Source: Dimorphilus gyrociliatus
Lineage: Eukaryota; Animalia; Annelida
DNA length: 64,000 nt
Assembly (NCBI GenBank): GCA_904063045.1
Contig: CAJFCJ010000013.1
Location: forward strand, 229,470-293,469
Direction: 5' to 3'
The notes beneath the pieces are model-generated. The model had not been told where the DNA came from, searched no databases, and saw only the letters and a list, made by a program, of their open reading frames with translations. Each line of letters starts with the position of its first letter. The stretch's first letter is position 1. The position numbers and the translations under genes are program-made. Shown in pieces: positions 1 to 10,920 of the stretch.

Positions 1-876
1 AGGCGGATGAGCACTATCGACATAGTAACCAGCCCCTGCAACTACTTTTACGCCGGTTTCCTCACTGATTTTTTTCACTGCCTGTATATCACGTTTTAAA
101 CCTTTCGTTGTACATTCAACAACTGCCGAACCTCCAAATTTCTAAGAATAAAAAAAAAACTATTAGGAAATTCGAATACTACAATTATAAAATAATTTTA
201 CCTTGAAGTCCATTAAATCGGCTTTAACTGCTTCAACATCAAACAACTTCAGATTCGGTATGTGTTGCCATCTATTAATATTTGTCAGATTTTTAACATA
301 AATAAATAAATTACAGTTTCAGTGAAAAATTACATACGGATTTCTAGATATCCAACCGTAATTTTCCAAAGTCATTGGAATATGAGAGTTTTCTGTCTCT
401 TCAAGTAGCATAGGATATTCCATATAGAGATGTTCATGAGCCAGCGTTATTCCCAGGGTAGTCGGTTCGATCAAACCGGTGACTGGAAATAAGACATAAA
501 ATATATTTGCTTTTCTATTTTATGACAAGCGTGCTATCTTTGAAAAGTATATAACAACGGAATGGGTTAATGAGCTGCAAAAAAAAAATGGAAGACAAAA
601 AAGGCCCATTCGCCGCCGGGAAAGAAAGGGAAATCTGATAAGATGACACCAGACCTTAATTATCAAAAGAGTGACTTTTATAGCTTAATCTGACTTCTTA
701 ATAAAGATGCAACATTGTAATTAACAAATATCAATCTAGAGGAAACATACAACTGGTTTCGAGACAGATGATATAACGTTACGGTTTATAGATTTATTAC
801 TAATAAAAATTGAGAAATTTGGATTGTATTATTTATTCTTACCTGTTTGTATCTTTGTACTAAGAGAATTGTCCAT
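1..876 (-). CDS. PTER: Phosphotriesterase-related protein (amidohydrolase), 5' part; runs off the window edge
   Basis: Exons 876-843, 482-338, 271-202 and 141-1 join in frame through GT-AG introns. They give MDNSLSTKIQTVTGLIEPTTLGITLAHEHL...KFGGSAVVECTTKGLKRDIQAVKKISEETGVKVVAGAGYYVDSAH, matching PTER with the HEH metal-binding motif. Not in the ORF track. Confidence 0.95.
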
Positions 877-1517
877 TTTACTCTTGTTTACTAGGAGAGT
901 TTACGTATATGGTTTCCGTAAATAACACCCTCTTGATGAAACGTGTCTATATATTTTGACATCCAATAGGAAGTCTTACAATCATTTAATGCGGAGTTAG
1001 CGCGATGTCTTTATTAATTGCTTAAATGTACAATAAGACTAGTTTTTTGTAAATAATTCTACGCGGTCAATTTTTTAATTAATTAGTTTTCTTAATTAAA
1101 CAAAAGGAATAATCTGTCCTTTAGTGCGGATTAATAAAAATTACACTGAGTAGTGTTGGTAAGCACTGGGGAGTATTTCAAAGTTAATAGTTTGAACTAA
1201 AACAGAGGCCTATACCACTTGACAAGCGATATGGCATAAACCAATATACAAATAGCATTACTGTTATCTACAAACGAAACGAAAAAAGTTCTGTATAAAG
1301 TACTCAAAAATAGGTAGGCGTGAGGCGTTTAATTATAATTTAAACAAAAAATGGAGAATATTAAAAAAAAAAACGTTCCAAAAATCGAATAAATTATTAT
1401 TTAGTTCTAAACTCTTTGTAATTTTCTACAAAAAAGAATTTATATATACATTATTGTTTAAAGAAGAAATGTTAGAATAATCTTTAACAATATTAGTAGA
1501 TGTATAAAATTTCTATA

Positions 1518-2120
1518 ATGGAGAAAAACATACGAAATATGAATAATGGTTTGTCCTGGTTTATTATTTTCTTTCTTTCAATCGTAAAGAAGTTGTTTTG
1601 TGTATTTTGTATCTTTAGTGGATTTTTATGTACCTAATGAACTTTGTGAAAAAGAATCTGTAAGCGAACGACTGCGTATAAAATGCTAATGAGGATAGAA
1701 GAGGTTTTTTTTTGCAATAAAAAATATCACTATATTGGATTAAACAAAGATAATTAATATTTTTTTTTGCATAATTTCTTCAAAAAACTATTTACAGATG
1801 ATTTTGTCAAGAAGACTATTAGTGATTAGTATCCTGTAATATCGAATAAAATTTTAAACGTCATACTCCTCTTAACAGAATAGAATGAAAAGGGCTGGAG
1901 AAAAACGTTATTTTAGGGGGAAAAAAGAAATTTTTCGCTCTCAAAATTTACCTTTAGTCAAGTCTGCCTTGACTAATGCAAGGTGATAAATGGGGAAAAA
2001 GATGTTAGAGTCAACTTCCCCCTCCTTTTTTCTCTCTCTCTCTCTCTCTTCTCTATTTCTTTCTTTCTATTTATTTTTCTTATCTGTAGAATCCTCTTTA
2101 TAAATCAATTGTCTTTATAA
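1518..2120 (+). CDS. Candidate small multi-exon orphan gene (~68 aa)
   Basis: Phase-compatible chain 1518-1548, 1619-1659, 1879-1982, 2090-2120: MEKNIRNMNNVDFYVPNELCEKESNRMKRAGEKRYFRGKKEIFRSQNLPLVKSALTNARILFINQLSL. Other exon-like pieces (about 1798, 2255, 2400) allow alternative models. No homology recognised. Confidence 0.25.
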
Positions 2121-2775
2121 GTTATAATACTACGTTATTTAAAACTGAAAGAAATTTGTGAAAGTTTTCTTTTTCATTTTCGAGTAACAAGATTCTTAAA
2201 TCATCTTTCCTTGATTCTTAAATCATCTTTCCTTACTTCGTTATTCGATAAACAAGGAGTTTTAATCGATCCGACTGACTTTTATGGCTATTTTATGAGA
2301 AGGAAGAAAGTAGATCAATTAGCTAATCCATCAATTCTAATATTTGTTTTTCTTCTATTCTTTGTTGTCGATGTTTTTCTTTTTCTCTTTTTTAAACAGC
2401 ACAGAATAAGTGATAAAGAAGAAAGAGGAGAATGCTAAATTTTTATACAAACTTTAGAGCAAAAATGGAAAACTATTCACTTGTTTTTGGTATAGTCTTG
2501 AATTGATTGATAATACAAAATAAGCATATACATAGTTCAGAGAGAAAATGATGGAGTAGAAAATAATAGTAATAATAGTAATGACAAAAAAGAGTGGGTC
2601 GATTTCAATCACGATTGTTCGCCCCCAAGACGAAAGCAAGGTAAATACAATTACACAGAGCAATTTATACAGTCAAATCAGATACAATAATTACTAACAA
2701 ACACTATAAAGAGATGGAAAGGTATTGTTTGATCCCCTTAATGTCTTACCAATGCCTTGATAAGGATAAATAAAA

Positions 2776-4050
2776 TCAGTTAGTTAATTTTTTCCTTTTT
2801 TCACCCTTTTTTCTATCAATTGTTATTGCTCTTGCAACATTATAGTACAAATTAAAGTTACTAGCTATAACAGGTATTGGTAAACCAGTTGATAACATAC
2901 CGGAGAGAGCGCAAATGGCGCCTACTAAATATCCCCAACCTGAACTTGGGTGTTTATCTCCGTATCCAACAGTAGTCATAGTTACAATTGACCACCAGAA
3001 ACCAATGGGTATATTGACGAAGTGAGATTCTTGAAAAAATTCAGCAAAGTAGATAAGAGTGGAAAAAAAGAGCATACCCAAAACTATTAACATAATAAGG
3101 AGCAAAACTTCTCTTAACGAGGCTTTAAGAGCGAGCAATAGTATTTTCATCCCTGTAAAATGTCTCGCTAACTTAATCATTCGAATGGTCCTCATAACGC
3201 CCAGTACACTTAAAAAATAGACAAAACCGAAAAGCCTATCATCTGTCAAGTATGAAGGATTCGTAAATTCAACGATAGTAAGGCATAAGGTTGATAGAAC
3301 ACACAGACAATCAATGATATTATAGAATGATAGAACAAACTTCTTTTTGTCGGGACTCAAAATAAATCTGAGTAACAATTCCACACCAAATAATACCATA
3401 CAAGCTATGTCGATATTAACAAGCATTGGATAAGGCGTTGTTGTCAACTGAAGTAACATTTTTGGATTTGTTTCCCCAGTTACGTTCCGTTTTGGTACTA
3501 CAAGATTAATTCTAAATGACCTGTGAGTAAACATCACCAATAAAGTAACGGAAGTAATTACGGCCGCTAGAAAGAAAAAGGCCCATAATTTTGCCGGCAT
3601 ACTTGACATAGGATTTTCTAGGAAATTCCAAGCACCTAATCTCCATCTCGATATGCATTGATCAGCCTTTGGTGCTGATTCGTTATCGATTTTATCAAAG
3701 AAATTTATCACTTCATTTCTCATCTTAATTTCTCTTTCTTTGGCTACGAAAGCGGCCCAACAGCAATCCGCTATATATTCTTCTCCTATTCCCCAATACT
3801 CTAGTTCCTCTTTTAGCACTAATCCACAAACGCTTTCAGCCGTAACGTGTATACGACCATATCTATAAGCGTCTAGTATGTAATTGAATAGCGTAGGATT
3901 CCTATCAAAATAGTATTCTCCCACTGCTGCATCGTAGGCGTCATTTTCTGCTGATAAGGTTGAAAGTTTCGTACCAGGTAAACTCCTCAATGTATCTGCT
4001 CGACACTGGAACTTAACACCTCCGACATTTAATGTAATCCTATCTTCCAT
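2776..4050 (-). CDS. Voltage-gated potassium channel, Shaw/Kv3-like, single coding exon, 424 aa
   Basis: T1/BTB domain (ITLNVGG...YYFDRNP), six TM segments, S4 RTIRMIKLARH, pore WWSIVTMTTVGYGD, S6 GLPIPVIASNF. Confidence 0.95.
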   Translation of the reverse strand: MEDRITLNVGGVKFQCRADTLRSLPGTKLSTLSAENDAYDAAVGEYYFDRNPTLFNYILDAYRYGRIHVTAESVCGLVLKEELEYWGIGEEYIADCCWAAFVAKEREIKMRNEVINFFDKIDNESAPKADQCISRWRLGAWNFLENPMSSMPAKLWAFFFLAAVITSVTLLVMFTHRSFRINLVVPKRNVTGETNPKMLLQLTTTPYPMLVNIDIACMVLFGVELLLRFILSPDKKKFVLSFYNIIDCLCVLSTLCLTIVEFTNPSYLTDDRLFGFVYFLSVLGVMRTIRMIKLARHFTGMKILLLALKASLREVLLLIMLIVLGMLFFSTLIYFAEFFQESHFVNIPIGFWWSIVTMTTVGYGDKHPSSGWGYLVGAICALSGMLSTGLPIPVIASNFNLYYNVARAITIDRKKGEKRKKLTN

Positions 4051-5400
4051 AAATTCTCTTGCTTTTAGAAATTATATTGATAAGGAAGGAGAAGTTAATG
4101 GAAGAAAGCAACGCAGACACACAGATAGAGTAAAACAAAAAAAAAGAGTGGGGGGGGAGGGAGAAGGGGGAGGAGAGAGATCGAAAAAGAGAGCAAGAGA
4201 TAGGGGAAAAGAGAGATATATAGTTTTAGAGAGTCAGCTACTGGACTTATCCAAGTGAGCGAAGGAGAGAGAATGAGAGAAAGAGAGAGAGAGAGAGAAC
4301 TATTAAAGATAAACAAAGCTACTAACCGCACTAAAGCTTGTAAAGACAATAGGAAGTTTGTAAGGCTATAATAATAAATATCGAGAAAATTAATAATAAA
4401 ACACCGCAATAAAGCATCTATTTTAAAAAAGAGCAGAAAAAAGCATGCAAATAAACTTCAATTAGCTCCGCCGCGCATTCGGATGACAGCGATAAGGGCG
4501 AATCGTGTTGACTGCATCGCGTCGCTGCGTTAAATAAATATAGGCCGTAAAAAATCGCCTTTTCAACCCCACAAATATTGACTAAAACGTAAAACGTTTG
4601 TTTGAACTATATAAACAGTATATATACCTGGTCCGATTAAGTAGTTCGCTATCAAACAATCTTTCAACGGTTGAAACCTACTCGAGTAACGATATCATTT
4701 ATTATTTTTCCATCATTCCTCATTCAAGCTCTTTATTTATCTTTTCTTAGTTAAATATTTTAAACAACAGTTTGTTAGTAAACATTAACTACAAACAATA
4801 AAATAAAAGAATATATAGATAAAAAGGAACAAAAAAATTGGTAAAATATACTATTAGTTGTACAGGAAATATGTTTTTTTTTTACCTTGTTTACACAATT
4901 CTGTCTGTCTTTTTTTTTTCTACATATACAGTATAATCCCACAATCCAAATGTTTGTAATATGCGCAAAGCAATTCTTGACCAATTATTGCTTTTCTGAA
5001 CAAACTATAAATTATGTATTCTTTTATATCATCCTATACGCATTGACGTGTAGAAGGATATATTCTAAAAGAGATAAAAAAAAAAAAAAAGAGGGAGGGG
5101 GGCGAGGGGAGGGCTTGTAAATTTTCTCTTTTTTCGAATAGAGAGAGCAGCTTTATAGACTGTGTTTTATGTGGTAAAAATATTGCTTAGCATGCTAAAA
5201 TCTCTTTTTTTTTTTTAATTATAAATATAAGGAAGTTCAATCTTTTAGTTAGAGTTTATTGGAAACCAAACCTAGGTATATTGATTATCATTGATCCAGG
5301 CGTCGTCGCTGTTACATTGTAGAGTGGCGCGTCAGGCAACGGCGTTCTTTCAGTAGAAAATTTCAAGCCGTCTTAGACGCCGCATCAATTGAGAGTCAGA

Positions 5401-6687
5401 ATGGGAGATCTTGCTGAAAGGTTTGTCTTATCATTTATTACGTAGTTAACTCTATACTGTTATATTTTATCATTAAACGTATATGTCGAGTACATTTCCT
5501 CTCCATTGTTATCAATTAGTAGTTTTTATTGTAATTCTATTTATCTGTTTAGGAAGACTAACGAATATTGAGTGGCATTCCACAAGTATTTACGAATATC
5601 TATAAAAGCCTACGCGCACTCTCGCTCTCTCTCTCTCTCTCGTAATTAATTTAAAAACAGGTTGTGGAGAATCTTTTCTTTTAAATTAAAAGGCTAAATT
5701 AACTATTCCATTTACTTTGTAAATAATTATATTTTGTGTTTAAAGATTCTTTTATAAATAAAATAGGAGTTTTACAAAGATTTACACACGATATCAAGTT
5801 TTTTTCTATTACCTATTTCGCAATTTTATGTCATTGACTTTACAGAGAAAATATAAATGTAAGCCTATAAGATATATTGTATACGCCTTACAAGATGGCA
5901 GAGTTTTGACACAGATAACCTAGTTGAGGAGAATTTTTTTTGGTTACTTTACAAAAGATGACTAGAATCGGTAGGGTTATTTTTTTTGTTAAATTGCCTC
6001 TCAAAAAGTAATGAAAGGGTGTGTCCTTGTCTTTATTCAAATGGGCTTATCTGTTACGTCAAAATGTTAAGGTCGAAAGGCCGTTTTTTTGTAATATAAT
6101 ACAAGAATTTTGGCCTGCGAAATAGAGTTTGAGTGTGTAGTAATTCAGATATACAGCGCGCTCTCTGTGAGAGAAGTGAAATATACAGTAAGAAAAAAAA
6201 AGAGCCAGAATCAACTAGAGAAAAGATATTAAAAGACAGCGACAAGAGGAGATTGAGGAAAAGAACAGAGAGAGAGAGAGATAAAAAAAGATACAAAACT
6301 ACCAATAATAACATTAAAGAATTATTTCCTTTTTACATCTTTTGTTTAAAAAACTAGATTAGTCATCAAAAAAACAGAGAAAGAGAAATATTATTGCGAG
6401 AGAAACGTTTCTTATGGTCCTTTATTATTTCTTTTATAACTTGTCGTTCAATTTATGGTTTTATGACAATGACGTGTAAAATTAGTTCAAAGAATGAGGA
6501 AGCCAATAAAGCGCCACAGGTGAATAACTCTCAGCCCGAAAATGAAGAGGATCGAAACAGTACAATTAACGCTCGCCAGTCAGCCAGACACAGGCAGAGA
6601 CGTCATGGAATTTGTCATACTCAAAATGATGCTTTAAATATAAGATCAACTCTAGCGCCAGAATCAAATACAAATGAAAATTCGTGA
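5401..6687 (+). CDS. Candidate small hydrophilic orphan protein (~73 aa; may continue by further splicing)
   Basis: ATG at 5401 follows a GC-rich 5' segment. Exon 5401-5420 (donor GTTTGT) joins 6486-6687 in frame: MGDLAESSKNEEANKAPQVNNSQPENEEDRNSTINARQSARHRQRRHGICHTQNDALNIRSTLAPESNTNENS. A perfect GTGAGT donor at 6684 overlaps the stop codon. Confidence 0.35.
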
Positions 6688-6883
6688 GTTATTATATATT
6701 TTTTGATAATTTCTCTTCCTTTATTTTTACCTTGTTTTGTTATGTTTTTATTATTTGAGAAAAAAAAAGAGTTGATAAAAGTTTTTTTTTTTTAAAAAAA
6801 CAAAAAAAATATCTGCAATAGGTTAAAAAAAAATATCTCATCGCTCTAATCCTGCTTATTCTGAAAAATGGTTTTTTATTAAA

Positions 6884-6888
<5 letters not shown>

Positions 6889-6924
<36 letters not shown>
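6889..6924. repeat. (TA)n microsatellite
   Basis: Direct reading of the AT dinucleotide run. Confidence 0.9.
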
Positions 6925-6925
<1 letters not shown>

Positions 6926-7230
6926 AATACATAAATGTATCAAATATTTAATATATTTATATGTTTATCTACCCCGAAAATGTTACAAACATACTGAATG
7001 TTTATATCTCTTTTGTTATCTGAAAAGAAGATTAATAATAAACTATTTTTTCTATGTGAATAATGAATTTTTTTTATGTAAGAACAATTACTTTATACGT
7101 ATTAGTGTAAATAGTATATTTATTTAAAAGTGCTATTACTTATTCGATATTATCTTCTCATATAAAAAATGAAGGGAGGAGGGGGGAAGGGAGAGAGAAG
7201 GAGTGAATTAATAATAAATTATCAAATAAA

Positions 7231-8404
7231 TCAATTAGCGCTTTTATTGAATAGAAGGAAATCTTTAATTGAATGCCATACATTAGAATCGTCGTATAAG
7301 TACGTCATAGAAGATTTAAGTGATGGTTGTAAAGTCGATCTATGATGTTCGAATAGCCAAAGTACTATACCCCATACAAGAGCTCCAAAAATTGGGAATG
7401 GTTCTCCTTTCGGTTTTGGAATGGCACCTTTTTCGACGGCTAATTTGGCAAGGGCGTATAATATTCTTGATAGTAGATACAAATTAATCTATAATAGAAC
7501 AAAAGAAGAAGAGAATGGAATGTTTTGAATATAAGTTGAAAATCCCCCTAGTTAATTAATACAAGTAAAGTAGCTTTGGAATAGAAATAAATCCGGTTTG
7601 ATTAACGAGCGCTACTGGTAGCTCTTCAAGGATTCATTATAATATGTAGCGTCACGCAATTAGGCTTTGAAGTTGTCCACGTAAAGTTATTAATATAATT
7701 CTAATTATTACGTTGCCATAGAACAAGCGTGTTTCTTACACGGTGGACAATCGACACTTTTGACCATAGCCTATTAATAAACCATCTACGTAATATAGAG
7801 TCTATTATTCACCTGTTCGTTGATTTTGTTGTATCTTCCAAAAACGATGTAACCGCCTATGAAAGCTGCCACAAATGAATGAAATTGATACCGATCTCCT
7901 TGTAGTTTTTCTAGTACTGACGATATACTTTTATATATGAAAACAAAGGAAGCCAAATTTTTCGAATGGGTGAAGGTTGCCTCTAGAATACCTTTCAATT
8001 GGTTCATAAGTCTATTGAGAAAGTCACGGTTCATTGGTTTAGTATCAATAAGCAGAACACCAAAGTAAAACACTTACGGTCCTCCTTTGAATAAAAATGT
8101 CATTACCAGGGCATGAGGAGCCCTAATCTTAGCTCCATATCTGTAAAAAAAATTATACTGAATCTTTAGATCTTCTCTTTATTAACAATTTCCTTAGTTG
8201 CAATTTAGAAACCTTCTATTATCGCTCAAAAGTATGTCATCTTTTGATAAGATTTGAAAACTTTTACTATTTTATAACTACTTAAATCAATTAAATTAGG
8301 ATATTATCTTACACTGCTCCATTTCTGAGACCTTTTAAGGGTGCTAAAACACTCTTATACTGTCCTGAAGAAAGAATTTGATTTATAATTTGTATTAGTG
8401 ACAT
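7231..8404 (-). CDS. PXMP4: Peroxisomal membrane protein 4 (PMP24)
   Basis: Exons 8404-8313, 8140-8078, 8011-7813, 7488-7231. Motifs LKGLRNGAVYGAKIRAPHALVMTFLF, INLYLLSRIL and LQPSLKSSMTYLYDDSNVWH match PXMP4. Confidence 0.96.
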
Positions 8405-10920
8405 CCTTGAACTTCGCCTAGTGAACTCGTCGCCTGACTATTCTCGTATAAATTCGATTCGTCTCCAAACTCTTTCATTCATTTTAATTGAGAAACCTTT
8501 GGAAAACTCTCCGAAAGGTTAAATAAGTCAATTGGTCTCTCATCGATTACTAATTCTAATGAAAGGTTATTGAAATTTATTCTTAGGCCTACTTTAAATG
8601 GTTTACCACTATTATTGTCTATTATTGTTATATCGTCATTACTGATTTTTTTATTGTTGTTGTTGTTGTTATTATTTGTTTTTTCTTTCGTAGTAAAATT
8701 TTAATATACTTATTCATTAATCATTGTTTTCGTACACGTAATTTGAAGTGTACAAATTTATTCGGTAGGCGGATATTTAACCAACTATCAACTTTTGTTA
8801 GGTTGAATAAATGACTTTATGTTTATTCTTTTCAAGCTTAAAAACTCTCTATCTATCTCTTTTCTAAAAACAACAAAACACTATCTGTTCGATTTACTAC
8901 GTAAATATTGAATTTATTGTTGTTCTTCTCACTTCATCAGTGATTATAGCCAACCTTTTGCATTTATAACCTTATATATCCACCAACATAATTCGTTTGC
9001 CCTATTGATCAATCAGCCTTTGTTAGTTTGCTATTAGCAAAAAAGAAATATTCTATAATCGTAACGCTGTTCATAAATTTTAATAAATTAACTTCTATTC
9101 TCAAATTTCGTTATTCGATCGACTCCCCTCTTACTCTCTTCATCTCTGATTCCAATCAGTGGACAGTCTCCAACGCATAAAATATTTAGTAGTTCTCCTA
9201 AAACTAGCCCATATTTTTTATTGAAGAGAAGAAAAAGAGCGAAATCTTCACGGGATAATGTTAAAGATATTCAACTATCGTATTCTTGTTAGTTTCTCTT
9301 GATCGATTTCAATAACTAGACTTTATACGAGTATAAAGTATAATATATCCTCTATGATTAACAAATTTATAATGATTTTTCAATGAAAGATTGATAAAGA
9401 GTCTATATTTCCTTTTATGCTCAATAAGGCTTTTCAAAATGTTACTTACTTAGTATTTATTTTGATGCTTCTAGCGCAAACTGTAGATTCACGTAATTGA
9501 ATGTTCTATTTTAAGTAAAAATTATATATTTAATATTCGCATTTAAGTGAATTTATCCCATAATTTTCCACTTAAATCCTCTTTTTTTCCGTAGCTTTAA
9601 CATTCTTCTAAATTAGAATATCTTCTTTTTTTAAAGATCAAATTTGTTATATGTTATCTTCTTAGATCTGGTACAGAATAATGATTCTGTAGGAGATTTC
9701 CGGTACAGTTGGCCTTTGATCTTCGTCCTCGTTCCTGTATGAGCTCCATCGGCATGATGTACTTTCATACAATAACTATAAATAGTTACCCATTCCTCTT
9801 ATTCATTATTTTCAATGAACTAAAAACAAACTCATCTAAATATTTGAGTATCACGTGATTCATTCTGCAAACATTCTATAAAATTTGCGTTCTAATTCTT
9901 TTTCTCTATTCCCAATATATTTATCATTTAGAACCTGGAATTATTGATGAAATTATTAACTCTTGAAAAGGTCAACTAACGATATTATCCTCTAAAGAAT
10001 AATTCGTGTAAACTTAATAGAATTATGCAATGTTTCAGAATAATGAGTAAGAGTTTCTTAGAAGAAATAATTGTATCGTTTGAATTATTAGAGAATGCGG
10101 AAATGAGACGCAAAATTGAAAGCTTAGAAGCTTTTCGACAACTTTACCGTGTATTATTACCATTTTCAAAATAATAATAATTTTCTAGCCATTTCATGCT
10201 TTAGGACGGAGATATGCGTCAATTCTATGCAATAAACAGGTATGTTATTCAAACTCCTTAGATAATTATTATATAGGTGATGGGAACTTGGTCTCTAAAT
10301 GAAAAATACACTCTGCTTTACTAAGATTACTGATACTGTATTTATTAAAAATTTTTGCATATATTTCGCCAAATAACGTATTTTTTCGACAACAATCAAA
10401 ATATCATGTTAAAATAAGCGTCACACGACAAATGAGTATAATCACATTGAAAACTTGAGCATAAAATCCATTAAAAGTAGACTGCTGCAAACTTAAAAAA
10501 ATTTGTCTAAGCAAATGTTTCATAACCGTTAGAAAATCTTGACAAAAAAGTTTGTGTAGCTATCAAATGGTTAATATGAAACGTATATCTGTGTGCATAA
10601 TTAGTCGGTCTCAAGCACTGATAAAAGAAAAATAACAGAGCACCATCTATTTATATCAATTAGGGTAGTCAGTTTGAATTTCTCTTTTATCATTAACATC
10701 TAAAATCTGAGAATTTGTCAAAAGAAAGCAAAAACAAGTAGTACCTTGAGACCGTGAAAAAACAAAGCTGATATAATTAGACAAAAATAGTAAACCAAGT
10801 AATAATTAGCGAACACTTTCAGCATCTGCATGTCTACGAAGTACAGATATGAAAAGGAAAAAGACTATATTAAATTTCATATTTTGTTATATATTTTACA
10901 GGCAAGTCGGGCAACGTGTC

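Noticed and set aside
4095-5120. ORFs at 4095-4409, 4775-4984 and 4887-5120
   Set aside because: Translations of microsatellite and poly-A/T tracts in the Kv 5' region.
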